This document shows positions 49,426-63,400 of a stretch of DNA of 64,000 nucleotides, piece after piece; position 1 is the stretch's first letter, and each line of letters starts with the position of its first letter. Where the stretch lies: contig NC_043005.1 of the NCBI RefSeq assembly GCF_006345805.1, forward strand, positions 47,492,001-47,556,000, read 5' to 3'. Under the pieces are notes generated by a model. It was not told where the DNA came from. It was given only the letters and a program-made list of their open reading frames with translations, and did no database searches. This stretch comes from Octopus sinensis. Lineage: Eukaryota. The position numbers and the translations under genes were made by a program.

Positions 49426-50457
49426 TTATTCACTTTACATATTTCTTAGAATTCAATTTATATAAAGTTTATTGAAAAAATCAGTCATCATAGCACATAT
49501 ATTCTCATTAAGAGTCTTATGAGAAATTTTTTCTGTGAATTGTGCTAAAACTATTTCAGTTTTATCCTTTTTAAATTTTTAGATTTTAAATTTTTAAAGT
49601 TTTAAATTTCTTCCAGCCTCACTGATAACCCAAAGCTAGCAGTTTTGAGGGAAGGAGAAAGTCAATTACATCAACCTTAGTATTCAACTGGTACTTATTA
49701 TATCAACTCTGAAAGAACAAAAAGCAATATCAACTTAGGTGGTGGCATTTGAGCTCCAAACGTAATGTAAAAACCTAGAAGAAATGCCAGTAAGCATTTG
49801 TAAGGTGTGCTAACAATCCTGGTAGCTGGTTGTCTTCAATTTCAATAATAACAATCCAAGACTGCTTGGATGATTTCAGAAATAGTGGAAAGATTTGATT
49901 TATACACAAAATAATATTAATATATAAAATAGTTTAACTTTCAAACACAGAAAAAATTTCAAACTTCTCTCCTTTATAATTTGAAAAGTGAAATATGAAA
50001 AGAATGATATAGAAATATAGATTTAAATATTAACTCCTCCCACCCTAAAATATTACTCTCTTTAGTAAGTCTCTCTAATTGAAGGTGGAGGATACTTTAT
50101 CAATGGAAAATGTATTCAGCTGTGAAATGCATTTGTTATCTGATTATAACCCAAATGCTAAAAAACTATATCATTTATATTAGCATGTATACATAAACTT
50201 ATACCTTATGCTGTAATCATAGGTTTATGGTTGACCCTAATTTATACTTTATACAAATGACTGAAAAAAGAATCCAGTAATTATAATAATTAATAACAAA
50301 GTATTTTTCAGTTAACTTTGATTGATACTGTTGAAGGAAGCCAGCTCAAGAAAATAATGTAAGGCAGCTTCTTCATTTTACTCCTCATAGTATGTTATAT
50401 TTAACAAGGAATAAAGAGAGGAAACAGATTTTTTTTATAGTCTTTATCAGTTATTAC

Positions 50458-50501
50458 CTTTTGCAAGGTCTCTGTTACCAGGGCAACAGACAGCATCTGT
50501 C
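50458..50501 (-). CDS. Candidate 44-nt exon (ATG at 50496-50494, MLSVALVTETLQK)
   Basis: GTTGTTGTTTCAG acceptor and AAG|GTAATA donor; phase-0 exit. Confidence 0.25.
50474..50487. promoter_or_regulatory. RFX X-box-like palindrome GTTACCAGGGCAAC
   Basis: Matches the GTNRCC-N2-RGYAAC consensus; single motif only. Confidence 0.3.
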
Positions 50502-51774
50502 CTGAAACAACAACTCAGTCTGGTCAGTCTAAGTTAATGACAAGCTAAGATTCTTAGATCTATTGGTCAAATTTATTTCAATTCTATTTCTGATGTTCTG
50601 AGATAGCATACAAAGCTTGTGGACAAATGAAAGGGCGACAGACAGTACTGTCTCTGACTGCCATTCTTTCAATTACCCACTTTCTCTTCTACGAGCCACT
50701 GCTTCTATAATGCAATTTTCCCTGACAACTCTGAACTAGAGTAGAGAAGGCTCCCTTGTTGCCTTCTAAAATATTTCAATCCAATGAATTAGTGACCTGC
50801 TCTGTCTCTGGTTTCTCTGCTCCTGCAATTTATATTTATTGCCATTATTGGTCAGTGTTGGGAGGTCAGTGTAACCTCAGCTAAACACCACTGTGGTCGG
50901 AAACTGCATACTTGAACAATGACCTGCATACTAACCACTGCTGTCACCACCCCAGCTTCTCTCTCTCTCTCTCTCTCTTTTTTTTATGTTAATAGCATGA
51001 GAAGAGTTGCAATTACCAACTATACATCACAACCTATTCTGTAAAATTTGAAAGAGACAAAATTCTGTGAGCAACTTCATTTATTAAAGGAAAGGCTAAA
51101 GCCTTGTTACTTTTGAAATATCACTTTGATCAAATTTTGAAATGTTATTAGAAAATCAAGAATAAATCATTCTACTTTTATTATTATAAAGAAGAAGAGT
51201 TGTCTGTCATAACAGATAGCTACCGGATTAGTTGATTTATTGTATGTAGTTGAGTGACTTCAAATACTATCATAGGTAATTTTATCTTTTATTTTTCAAG
51301 GACCGATGAAATAAATAGATACCAGTAAAATTCTAAGGGATCATTTATTTGGTTGCTTCTTTACAAAATTTTATTTCTTTTTTACACTTTTTTTAGTAAA
51401 AAAAATAATAATTACAGATAAAATTACATGTGAAATCTCCACACATAAGAAAAAATTAATACATTCTTTAGTTTAAAATTTTAGTAATTTTATGTAATGG
51501 CAGCTAATGTTTGAGGTAATGGTTAAAAAATAATTTTGGAAATACGTAGTAGTTGTTATGCAAAGGAATCTATAACTTGATTATCCTAACCTCTCACGAA
51601 ATCTAATTCTTTTTACTTAGTAAAAATGAGAAGATTTATAGTAAAACTAAATATGAAAACAAATTTTATTAATTTTTTAAAAAATGCACGCTTTGGTATA
51701 AAGTTTATTAATCTTATTAAAATGGAAACTGATATGTGCTATGATCGATGGTTAATTGATATATATTTGAAATA

Positions 51775-52016
51775 CAGGGTTGACCAAAAGTCACCCGACA
51801 GTAAATCAAAAATTCTATAAATACTTATTATTCAATTTAATTTATTCATTCCAATTATGAATGTTTAATATTTGAATGCTGTGAGTTAAAATCATCGTTT
51901 TTTTTTTTTCAACATTTGTCTATTATTTAGCGAAGTCTCAAATGAAATAACTTTTTGTTTTAATCTTGGAATCGTATGGGTTTGATTTACTGTCAGGTGA
52001 CTTTTGGCCAACCCTG
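51775..52016. mobile_element. Tc1/mariner-type MITE, 242 bp, TA TSD
   Basis: 36-bp TIR CAGGGTTGACCAAAAGTCACCCGACAGTAAATCAAA with 2 mismatches to the right end; TA at 51773-51774 and 52017-52018. Confidence 0.93.
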
Positions 52017-52219
52017 TATATGTTCAATATACTAAAGAATCATTTTATTGGTTGCTGTCAGTCTTTTACAATATTTATTTGTTTATTTTCTTTTTATAAT
52101 GATGATGATGATGATGATGAAAGCCTTGTGAATAAATTTGATACATGGAAACTGAAAGAAGTCCATAATCTAATAATGTATATACATATAAATAAATGTG
52201 TATGTGTGTGTGTAAGCTA

Positions 52220-52432
52220 GTGCCACATAGAAAGAGCATCCAGCATACTCTGTAAAGTGCCTAACAGGTTAATCACTCGGTAAAGTGTTTGGTGTTAGGA
52301 AGGGCTTCCAGCCATAAAATCCATGCGAAAGCAGACAGTAGTGCTTGGGTGCAGTCTTCTGGCTTACCAGCTCCTGTCAAATGGTCCAGCCTATGCCAGC
52401 ATAGGAAGCAGATGTTAGGTGATGATGATGAT
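52220..52432 (+). mobile_element. RTE-type 3' tail remnant
   Basis: Homologous to 22540-22710; ends in (GAT)n. Confidence 0.65.
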
Positions 52433-53794
52433 GATCTATATACATATATATGTGCATAGGGATGAGATGCACAGGTATGTCTTTGTGTTTCCTTGGTTTG
52501 ACATCATGCAATGATTGTAAATGAACATCATCCTCATAGAAGTGGTGTCCTTCATTTCCAGTCTTGTGTGAGATCCAGGGAGAAATATTCATTCTATAAC
52601 TTAGAAACAAGTGAGGGTTGTTGAAAGGAAAGTAGTCTCACCATAGAAAGTCTACCTCAGCAAATTCTGTTTAACTCATGCAATCATACAAAAGATTCTA
52701 TTAAAATACTGCTACTGCTGCTGCTGCTGATGATGATGATAATAAGAAAGACAACGAAGATGATGATGGTGATGATACTATTAGTGAATCATTTTGTTGT
52801 TTATCTTAGTTCTTGGGGTGGTGGGTTTACCTCAGATAAATTATAGGCTCTAAATTATAAATTTATGTAACTTAATTTTTAAAAAACATCGTAATTTTTT
52901 TTAAATTAGTAATTATAATAATTAATAAATTTTTATATCGGCACAATATCAGAAATTTTGACCCTGTGACTGAGAAGGTTTCCATAGGATTATATCAGCC
53001 TCTTTACTTGTATGGTACCTTACTTTCACAACCCTGAAAGGATGATAACCAAATTTAACATCAGCAGGATTTGAACTCAGAACTTAAGATCCAGAACAAA
53101 CACTTATAAAACATTCTTTTTAGGAATGGTGAAGTTAATCTTGAAGCAAATGAAGTTATAACTTATAACATGTAAATAGTGGTTTAAAAGCATTTTGGAT
53201 AGAACAAGTTGAAGGGTTTCAACCCAATATTTACATATTTATAACTTTATTTATTTCCTGATTCACCATTCCAAAAAAGGGTTGTTTCACATATTCGAAG
53301 TTTCTAAATTCTTATGACATCAACTATAAAGCATATTTTCTGATACTCTGATGATTTTGATAGTCCATTGCACCCAATAATTAGCTATTAATAACCAAGA
53401 ATAAATATTGTGGCAAATACTCTGGTTTGAAAAAATACATGTTTTGATTTAAAATGCTAGCGGATCTTATTAGAATGGAAATTTGATTTGTAACATTAAT
53501 CAATGGTTAAATCATATTTTTGAAGTGCTCTCACATTAATAGACATTAAATGGCTCAGTGAGGTTAAATGTAGCTGCATGAAAAGATTGAAGTATCTTCT
53601 CTTTGCTATACCGATATCACAGCTAATGATGCAGTTCTTGGTTTATAGAAGCAACTAGCAGTCTGCCAGAGAAGAGATAAGGCTTACATGATTAGCTATA
53701 AAGTCCATTTATCATCATAGCAGAGGTTAGATTATCTGTATTTGCTTTTAGAACAGAATAAGTTAGTCTAAGGAGAAAAGGCGGTGCTCATTAC

Positions 53795-53865
53795 CTTTGC
53801 AGGCCCTCCCAGACTGATGAAATAGATGTGGTTTATGCCCATCCCAAATATATACCAGTCAACGG
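53795..53865 (-). CDS. Candidate 71-nt exon of an unidentified host gene
   Basis: Acceptor GTTTTCCTTTTTTCCTACAG, donor AAG|GTAATG; single open frame (x)VDWYIFGMGINHIYFISLGGPAK; non-repetitive context. No homology recognised. Confidence 0.4.
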
Positions 53866-54443
53866 CTGTAGGAAAAAAGGAAAACATATGCTGGGAGAGA
53901 ATTAGTGGTTTTGATCTAAATGCTCGCAACAGACAGAAGTCCATTAATGTAAACCTCCAGTCAGGTGGTGGGGTGCTAAACCAGACAGTATTTTAGGCCT
54001 ACTACCAATCAAAGTGTGGATTGTAGTTAAATACAAACCGGAGTAAAGTGAATTTTGTAGGAAGAGACAATTGTAGTTTAACATTACTCCTAGCATTCCA
54101 GAGATATTTGTTTTGCTGTTTACCATTTTTTAAATGCCAAATAAAGAGGTATGATAATATATATATATATGTGTGCGTGTGAGTGTGTAGCTGCATATGG
54201 GTATATGATATGTGTGAATACATGTATACATATGAAAACACAACTGTATATGTGTTGTATGTGTTGATGTATTATATGCATGTAAATATATATATGTTGA
54301 AATATGGAAGCTTATTTATGGGTATCAAAAGTAAAATTATCTGCCTATATACACACGTGTGTATGCACATATATATGCATATGTATGTATATATATTTGT
54401 TTATATATATATATATGTATGTATATATATATATACATATAAC

Positions 54444-54488
<45 letters not shown>

Positions 54489-54819
54489 ACACACAAACAA
54501 TTGCAGTATGGAAGGTGTTTATAAGCCATTTAAAAAAAACACATGTAAATCATTAGATTCACTTCATTTAAATTTAATTTGTGTCAAAATATTTTCATCA
54601 CTATGAAACCGCAACTTGTTCACTGACAAAATTTCATGCTTATAAACACCTTCCATGCTGCAATGGTTTTTGTTTCAACATGTAATTTCAGATCAAGTCA
54701 CTTGCTATGCAATTACATCTTCATAATATGTGTGTGTGTGTCTGTGTGTGCGTGTATGTATATATATATATGTATGTATATATGTATGTATGTAACTATA
54801 TATATATATTCTAAATTCA

Positions 54820-54992
54820 CTCACTGGACTGTGGATTTGCAAGGGCACCACCTCGAAAGGTTAAGTTGATAGAACTAAATCCAGTATTTAATTTAAGTCT
54901 GGCACATATTCTATCTGTGTCATTTTGCCAAACCACTAAGTTACAAGAATATAAACAAACTAACAGCATCTGTCCAGCAATGGCACACAGTT

Positions 54993-55028
<36 letters not shown>

Positions 55029-55210
55029 ACACACAAACACATACACACATACCGTAGTTTTTCTGCATACTTCCTGTCTACCAAATTCACAAACAGGGTA
55101 GTGGGCAGCCTGGGGTTTACAGCAAAATGCACTGGCCCAGGATACCATGCACTGAGACTGAACCTAAAATTATATGGTTGCAAAGTAACCACTTTAACCA
55201 CACTGCCAAA
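54820..55210 (-). mobile_element. SINE family B (decayed)
   Basis: Family B body and head remnants around a (CA)n tract. Confidence 0.65.
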
Positions 55211-55241
55211 TTCGTGCCTCAAAAATTAGATTAGTATTTAA

Positions 55242-55455
55242 CCCGTTAGCATTCAGATTACTTCATCAAATCATATGCCTACTTATTCAAATTGATTTGA
55301 ATTAATCATTTATTATCTTGTAACTTCAGGATTTCAAATGATGTGATTGTTTACTTTTAGAATGACATTATAGGATAGGTGTGAGAGGCCACCTGGTTTG
55401 AACTTAAAACAGGTAGAACATTCAGACCAGATATAGCCAGTTTAAATGCAATGGG
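55242..55455. mobile_element. piggyBac-like MITE
   Basis: TTAA|CCCGTTAGCATT left end and degenerate AAATGCAATGGG right end; second copy at 5398-5615. Confidence 0.55.
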
Positions 55456-55809
55456 TCACTGATGACCACTCACAGGTGCAATTTTACTAATTCCTCAACA
55501 TGGGGTCATTTTGCTTACTGCAACCAACCAACTAGACTAAATTGATCCTCTTCACTCAACCTACTCCTTGTGTGCTTCTAGTACAGACACCTTATTGACA
55601 TAGATTGACTGCTAGGACTCTTATTCTCAAACCAACCAAATAGCCAACCAACCAGCCAACCAGACTTCCTGACAGCTAGATTACAGATTCATACTAAACT
55701 TCCCAACAGTATGTTGCTGTATGTGTACATACATACATACATACACACATACATACATAAATACATACATACATACATACATACATACATACATACATAC
55801 ATACATACA

Positions 55810-55839
<30 letters not shown>

Positions 55840-55840
<1 letters not shown>

Positions 55841-56030
55841 TTGTCAGTACCATTCATGTCCAAATTTGATTCATTCGGAGCTTCTGTGCTGCTTAAACCT
55901 GACATGGCTCGGCAGGCCAAATCGAGAATGAAACAGTCTCAGATCTTGATTGCATGGCAAGGCAGGTGGTAGTCTTGGCTGGGTCTGGGCATTTCTGGCC
56001 TTCTTGTTGCCTTCTTTTTATTTCTTCTTA
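55840..56030 (-). mobile_element. BovB-like RTE extreme 3' end
   Basis: Minus-strand LPCNQDLRLFHSRFGLPSHVR resembles the C-terminal CxxCxRxFxSRxGLxSH motif; followed by a (TATG)n tail. Confidence 0.55.
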
Positions 56031-56139
56031 GTATATATATATTTATTTATTATTCTTGAACAAGAATATTTTTGAGAGTGACTTTGAAGTTCCCACTAGT
56101 TAAACCAATGTTATACTGCGATACACAGAAGTTAATCTT

Positions 56140-56490
56140 GGTTTTGTACAGTCTCTATTGAGTTAAAATCTCTCGTGGAAGTGCCATCCAACCAAAATGC
56201 AAATATATGGGAAACTACCACCTGTGTCATCTCTTGTGAAAGGTAGGAGAGTCCAGTTTGCTGGACATTGTTGTCGAGCTGAAAAAGAGGTCATTTCTAC
56301 TTTTCTCCTCTCGAAGCCATCTACTCGCAATACTAGAGGGCACACACTCTCCTATCCTGATGTAATCTCCAGGGATACAGGCATCCAGCAACAGGACCTC
56401 CGTAATGCCATGATGGACCGTGAAGTCTGGCGTAGCATGGTAGATTCCATTGTCTCAACCATGGTCGAACAATGATGATGATGATGAAAA
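56140..56490 (+). mobile_element. RTE-X-type LINE 3' end
   Basis: NLSWKCHPTKMQIYGKLPPVSSLVKGRRVQFAGHCCR..DREVWRSMV; (GAT)n tail. Confidence 0.8.
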
Positions 56491-56949
56491 TCTTCCTTAG
56501 GTATGTGGATTTGAGAGGAGTAGTAATTATGTTTTTAGGGTGGGTTGTTATGGAGAGGTGTTTTGGAGAAGTTTTTACGGTTTAAATTGAGAATGATGTT
56601 ATTGTTTATAAAGATTTATTCTTTCCATATAAGTAGAACTTTGCAAGCAAGTGTGCATATTTCGGTGTGTTCCTTTTGGTAGGTACTAACAAGATATATC
56701 AGTAATTTAGTCATTTTTGGTTTTATTGGATTTAGTCCTTTGCTTTGAATATTTAAAGGTCAAAGGTACAAAGTACAATATTTAAAGACTTAATAATTGG
56801 GTGTGTCAACATTTTTGTTTGGTGATTGTTTTGGTGTTCACAAAACCATGTAAAAAGGTGGTATGTTTTAGCTGGTCAGTTTCTTGTTGTTGCTATTAAG
56901 GGTTTTTTATTTGGAAGGTAGGGGTTATTAGCCCCTATCCCACCCACCA

Positions 56950-57021
<72 letters not shown>

Positions 57022-57299
57022 TTTATGAGAGGTAATGGTGTCATTGAGACCCAAAGGTGTCAGGTAATGCTGAATAAGTGCTATAGATAGACCATAGTTA
57101 AGTCCACGTACGGTGATTATACAAACAAGGGGTTCAACGTTGGTCATATGTCAGCATGTGTGTATAAAATTGTTTTTTTTTTATGTAATGAGATAAAGAA
57201 CCAAGGGTGTGTAGATTTTAGAAATTTTATAGATAGAAGGTCTTACAGCTCTAAAATCTACACAGCCTTGGTTCTTTATGTCATTACGAAAAAAAATTA

Positions 57300-57383
<84 letters not shown>

Positions 57384-57459
57384 TATGTATGTATGTATGT
57401 ATATATGTATGTATGTATATATATGTATGTATGTATGTATGTATATATATATATATATA

Positions 57460-57492
<33 letters not shown>

Positions 57493-58834
57493 TGTATATG
57501 TCTATATATATATATATATATATAAAAAACATTTAATTCAAGAAGATGGATTGAACAGACTTTTATTACATATCATGTTAATCATTTCAACACATCATTA
57601 GCAGCTGTTACTTGCTGAATGTTATATGAAAGTATACTCAGTATTGTATTAATATGAATAAACAATAGCTGTATAGATAAGCAAGGTCAAAGCACTGTTA
57701 TGTCACCTTAAGTTTCCCCACATATTATACCCATACCAAAATACTAATTTTTGTAAATAGATATGGGTGTATAAAGGATAAAGTCAAGAGATGTGACAAG
57801 TGAACATAAATTTATCTATCCATATGACTTCCATATAATTAAAGCCATTCTATAACTTTCTTCATGTAGACCTAATTTCGTTATGCTTATGTATGGATGT
57901 ACTTGACGTGACTCAGACTGCAAAATGGATGCAACACAACATGTTGCAGGGAGTCCCAGACATAATGGACAGTAGCAAAATGAGTCGAAATGATCATCAT
58001 ATAAAGTAAAGGCTAACACCAAATCCATCATCTGATTTCTTAATTATTATATATCATCATCATCATCATCATCATCGTTGTTGTTTAATGTCTGCCCTTC
58101 CATACTGGCATTTATATATAAAGAGGGTTGTGTACTATGCCTTGATCTGAGCATAGGACGGAGCTCACCTCTCTGAACTGAGAAATGAATGAAATGCCTG
58201 GTGTGTGTCTTGTTGTGGCTACCCCCACCTAAAAAGATGGGGAATAGGCCTGGGTATATGTATTTATGAGTGTGTGTATACTGTAACATATACATACATA
58301 CACACATATCTATCTCTCTTTCTATTTATCTATCTATCTATCTCTATATGTGTGTGTAAGTGTAAAAAGAAGGATTTTGCATACGCAATAAAACTTATAT
58401 ACAGCAAGAAACAGGATTAATTATGTAATTAACTATTAAGTTACTATCCATATTTATTACTAGTTAATTAACAGATTTATAATACAATTTCAGCCCTTCA
58501 GAATTTTTAAAAACAAGTAAATTAAATCTGCTAGAAGACTGATTTTATAATTTTTAGAGAGAGAATTATTTTAAAGAGAAAGAAAAAAAGTAAAGAATAG
58601 AGAATAATGGAAAAGAAAGGAAAATGGAAAAGATAAGAAGGAAAACACTTTTTCTTGGACCAGAGAAATGAAAAGTGTTAAACTGTTTTTTTAAAGAATT
58701 TATTTGAAGACAATTTTCAAATTAAAAGGTAATTCTTTTCAAAACACATAAATTGTGACAAGCAGGGTCAGATTCTTCTTTATTTTTGTAACCTAATAAC
58801 AATGATAAACAATTCAAATTTAACCTTGTAGATT

Positions 58835-59195
58835 TACATTGGCCAAAATTTTCTACTAAGTGTAGCTTTGCTCAATGTGACCTAATTTGTCCTGCAAGTC
58901 ATCCAATTTGACCCAACATGTCTAGCTTTGCTCAATTTGTCAAGCTTGTCTAGCTTTGCTCAATTTGTCTAGCTTGTCTAGCTTTAATTAATTTGACCTA
59001 GTTTGTCTACTTTCATTACTTTGTCTAACTTTAGTCATTTTCACTTAATTCATCTCTGATTTTGGTCAAAGTGAGGTAATTTGTCTAGCTTTCATTAGTG
59101 TGACCCAGTTTGTTTAGCTTCAGCAAATTTGACCTAATTTGTCTAGCTTTGGTGAAAGTGACCTAATTTCTCCAGCTTTGGTCAACTCAACCTAT
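58835..59195. repeat. Diverged minisatellite, about 30-bp unit built of about 10-bp subunits
   Basis: Recurrent TTGTCTAGCTTT and TGACCTAAT motifs. Confidence 0.8.
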
Positions 59196-59699
59196 ATTGC
59201 TTTTATTTTTGGAATATTCCAGAAGAGTAGAATCACCTAATGAAATAAAAGACTGATAATAACAATTATATGTTATTGTAATTTTTAATTATTACTCTTA
59301 AAAAAGATGATGTGAGGAACTGGGATAAGAAATATATTCATGCTATATATATATGTATATATCCCATCTATTGTTTTATTGGTTCTACTCATTGGATTGT
59401 GGGTCTATGCTGGGACCCACATTTACAGTAAGGCCAATTAAATCACGTATACCCCAGTACTTTATTTAATTTATCAACTTTGGGAAGACGAAAGGCAAAC
59501 TTGATTTTGGCAGGCTTTCAAGTTAGAACATAAAAAACGGTAATGAAGCGCAACAAATTATTTTGACTGACGCTTTACCGATTCCAGCTTTTACCACCAT
59601 CCCCTAACTTTAGGTAAATATTCTTATACATGCACATTGTTATTCTTACATACATAAATTTATGTTTGCAAACACACAACCTCTTAAACATATATATAT

Positions 59700-60242
59700 A
59701 AATACATACATACATACATACATACATGCATACATACATACATACATACATACATGCATACATACATACATGCATACATACATACTACATACATACATAC
59801 ATACATACATACATACATACATACAACATACATACATACATACTACATACATACATACATACATACATACATGCATGCATACATACATACATACATACAT
59901 ACATGCATACATGCATACATACGTACATACATACATGCATACATACATACATACATACATACATACATACATACATACATGCATACATACATACATACAC
60001 ATACATACATACATACATACATACATAATACATACATACATACATACATACATACATGCATACATACTACATACATACATACATACATGCATGCATACAT
60101 ACATACATACAACATACATACATACATGCATACATGCATACATACGTACATACATACATGCATACATACATACATACATACATACATACATACATACATA
60201 CATGCATACATACATACATACATACATACATACATACATAAA
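59700..60242. repeat. (TACA)n tetranucleotide microsatellite with TGCA variants
   Basis: About 540 bp; source of the YIHT/MYVC ORFs. Confidence 0.97.
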
Positions 60243-61244
60243 TATATTGTCTTATTATACATATGTACATGTATCACATATGCTCACATGTTTGTATAGT
60301 CTTACAAATACATTTATACATCGAATAAATGTGTTTATGTAAATCATATTCAATATGTTTGATAAACATATATTTAGTCTTACTGTGAAAATATAACATG
60401 CAGACAAACCTCAGGAGCTTTGGCAGCTAAAAGAGAAAAGCGTGTTGCTCACATTTATTCATAACTGTGTGTGGTGTGTTTGTGTTTTTGCTATTTGTAT
60501 GTAGATATTCGTATATTTGTATAGCTACATACACAGACTCGTGCAGACACACATATACTTACACACTCACACATAACATGCAGTAAAGAGCAATTGATAA
60601 TATAAATGGGTTTTCATGATTCTACACCATTAGTTGTAAACCTTAATCTTGTCTAGCCGTACCTTTTGAGCAGTTTGACTAAAAACACTTTAGGAAATTG
60701 AAACACATGGATAGCATTTGTAATCAATACCCGTTACTCTATACATAAATAAAGTCTCTTATGGGTACATAATCCTCAATTTTATTATTCTGTTACTCTG
60801 TTATCATTCTTTTTCATTTAAAAAGTAAATACATAAATAGAAAGGAACAGCCGACAGATTCTTGGTGGGTATTTACCTCTGTTTATTGAACAGTATACTC
60901 CGAACAAAATATATTAATATCTTTATAATGCCTTCCTTCTGTGACCCATGTATTGACAGGGCAACACTTTGAAGTCATATCTGACACATCACCTTTTTTT
61001 TAAATACCGAACCATAATGCCAGAATATCAAGCTGACAATTACATACTACATGTCATGGTTAATATTGATCAAAATTATATTTTATATATAAGACACAAG
61101 CATGGCTGTGTGGTAAGAAGCTCAATCTGAAGCACATGGTCTCTGGTTCAGTTCTACTGCATGGCACCTTGGGCAAAGTTTTGTTAATGAATATGATAGA
61201 TGGAAACTGAGAAAGCCTGTTGTGTGTGTGTGTGTGTGTATGTA

Positions 61245-62035
61245 TTCAGTTGAAGTGATGCCTGCAGACACAAGGACATCTGTCTGGAGTATAAAAGCCC
61301 CATTTAATATTTAAAATGTGGTGAAGTCATATTTGGTGGAATTGTTCCAACAATCTGAAATGTTTTTCATAGCACAACCATTTTTCTGGAGAATACAACA
61401 GGGACGGTAAGACAAACGATCTGTAAAGATCCAATTTTGTGTTGTTATTTATGTCATTGGTGCCAAACACATGACTCTAAACCACCAAATGTTTGTGTTG
61501 CCCTTTGAATTTATAGAGGCATTTCTGTGCCCAGATTTCCATAATTTTGTACGGAGCTTCCCAGGTAAATGAGTCAACAATCTCATGTAACTTCCCCTTA
61601 ACAAAAATTTTAGGTGGGGTTACAAACAGCACCACGTGCAAGCTGAGACATTACAACTGTTTGTCTTAGGTTGATGGTCAAGCCAAAATCATCATACACT
61701 GTGTCAAATGCAGATACAAGAGATTGCAGGCGTGTTTCAGAGTAACTGACTTGATCACAATCGTCAACGTATAAGAATTCCCTAATGAGTGAAGTAAAAA
61801 CCTTTGTTTTGAATTTCAGTCTGGTCAGATTAAAAATATTCCCAGTTGTTCAATATTTTATGTAAATACCCTCCTTGGAGTTTTGAAAAGTATGTGACAG
61901 CACAACGGCAAAGTATATTGCAAAGAGGGTGGGTGTATCAAGGTCTCCTTGCTTTACTCCATTTTCCACAGCAAAAGATTCAGACAGCCTACCACCAAAA
62001 TTAACACTAGTCTTCATATCTTGATGCAAAACCCT
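61245..62035 (-). mobile_element. BovB-like RTE reverse transcriptase fragment
   Basis: FAVENGVKQG..PTLFAIYF, EFLYVDDCD (YADD), FGLTIN, TKLDLYRSFVLPSLLY, LEQFHQ..HILNIKW; stops and frameshifts. Confidence 0.88.
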
Positions 62036-62214
62036 GATCATGTGTGTGTATATACATACATACATACATACATACATACGTACGTATGTATGCATGTATA
62101 TATATTCACATATATGTGTGTGTATGTGTATGTGTGTGTGTGTGTGTATGTGTGTGTATATATATATATATATATATGTATTTATTTATTATATATATAT
62201 ATATATATATATTC

Positions 62215-62530
62215 TTTCATTCTTTTACTTGTTTCAGTCCCTTAATTGCAGCCATGCTGGAGCACCACCTTTAGTTGAACAAATCAACCCCAGGGCTTAT
62301 TCTTTGTAAGCCTAGTACTTATTCTATTGGCCTCTTTTGCCAAACCATTTAGTTATTGAGACGTAAACACGCTAATTTCGGCTGTCAAGCAATGGTGGTG
62401 GGGATGAACACAGACACACAAACATATACATATATATGGTGGCCTTTTTGTATATATATATATATATATACACATGTATGTATGTACGTATGTATGTATG
62501 TATACATACACACATATATGACAGGTTTTT
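62215..62530 (-). mobile_element. SINE family B, 3' half
   Basis: TCTTTTACTTGTTTCAGTC..GCCATGCTGGAGCACCACC. Confidence 0.85.
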
Positions 62531-63179
62531 TTTTGTGTGTGTGTAAATGTGTGCTTTACTGTTTCATTGCCTTGACTTTATGTGATTGCTGTAAACAACA
62601 TACAAATGGTGTCCTTCATTTCCAATCTTATGTGAAAACTTCTGCTGTGGAGTATGGGTCTTGTTGAGTACACCAAGGTGTCAGGGATCTTAGTCCTTGT
62701 CATCTCACCTGAAAGGCTCAACCTCCTGAGGTAGTTCTTCATTACTTCATCCTATTTCTTCCAGCATCTCATTCAATTGCAATTAGTCTGATCATCAAGT
62801 TACAACAAAATGATTTTTCACTGAATCCAACTGCAAATAATCTAAAATTAAACTTATAATTTCAAGTAAACAAGTGCCATCCAGTAACTGAAATAAGTAA
62901 AAGATAAAAGCTACTTGCCCAGGATGTTATAAAAGCCAAACATGGAGGCTGGTGGATTGTTATGTATTCCCATATTTTCTGGCATACAAGTCAAAATCTT
63001 CTGACCAAAATTTACTGCCAAAAAAAAAAAAAAAAGGGTAGGTTTACTAACATGCCAAAATGATTTTGGAGGATAAAAAATTTGTTTTGCAGCAGGATTT
63101 GAAATGATAATGAAGATATTTGAATGTTTACACTACATATTTACACTATGTACTATGTTAACTTATATGCTAGGAAATA

Positions 63180-63400
63180 CAGTAGCTAAGGAAAGTTGGC
63201 AGAATCATAAGCACACCAGGCAAGATAGTTAGTGGCATTTCTTCCAACTTGGTGTTCTGAGTTCAAATTCCACCGACGTTGATTTTGACTCTCATTCTTT
63301 CAGAATTGATAAAACAAATACCAGTTGAGCACTGGGTTTGATGTAATCAACTTCTTCCCTCCTCCAATATTGTTGACCTTGTGTCAAAATTTAATACCAA
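63180..63400 (+). mobile_element. SINE family A (decayed)
   Basis: TTGGCAGAATCATAAGCAC..GAGTTCAAATTCC..TTGTGTCAAAATT. Confidence 0.75.

Noticed and set aside
56500-56930. Minus-strand LLAKFYLY remnant suggesting a LINE 3' end
   Set aside because: Single short motif in heavily decayed sequence; too weak to call.
59646-60342. Overlapping 100-226 aa ORFs (YIHT/MYVC repeats), and similar ORFs at 39299-39735
   Set aside because: Translations of (TACA)n microsatellite.
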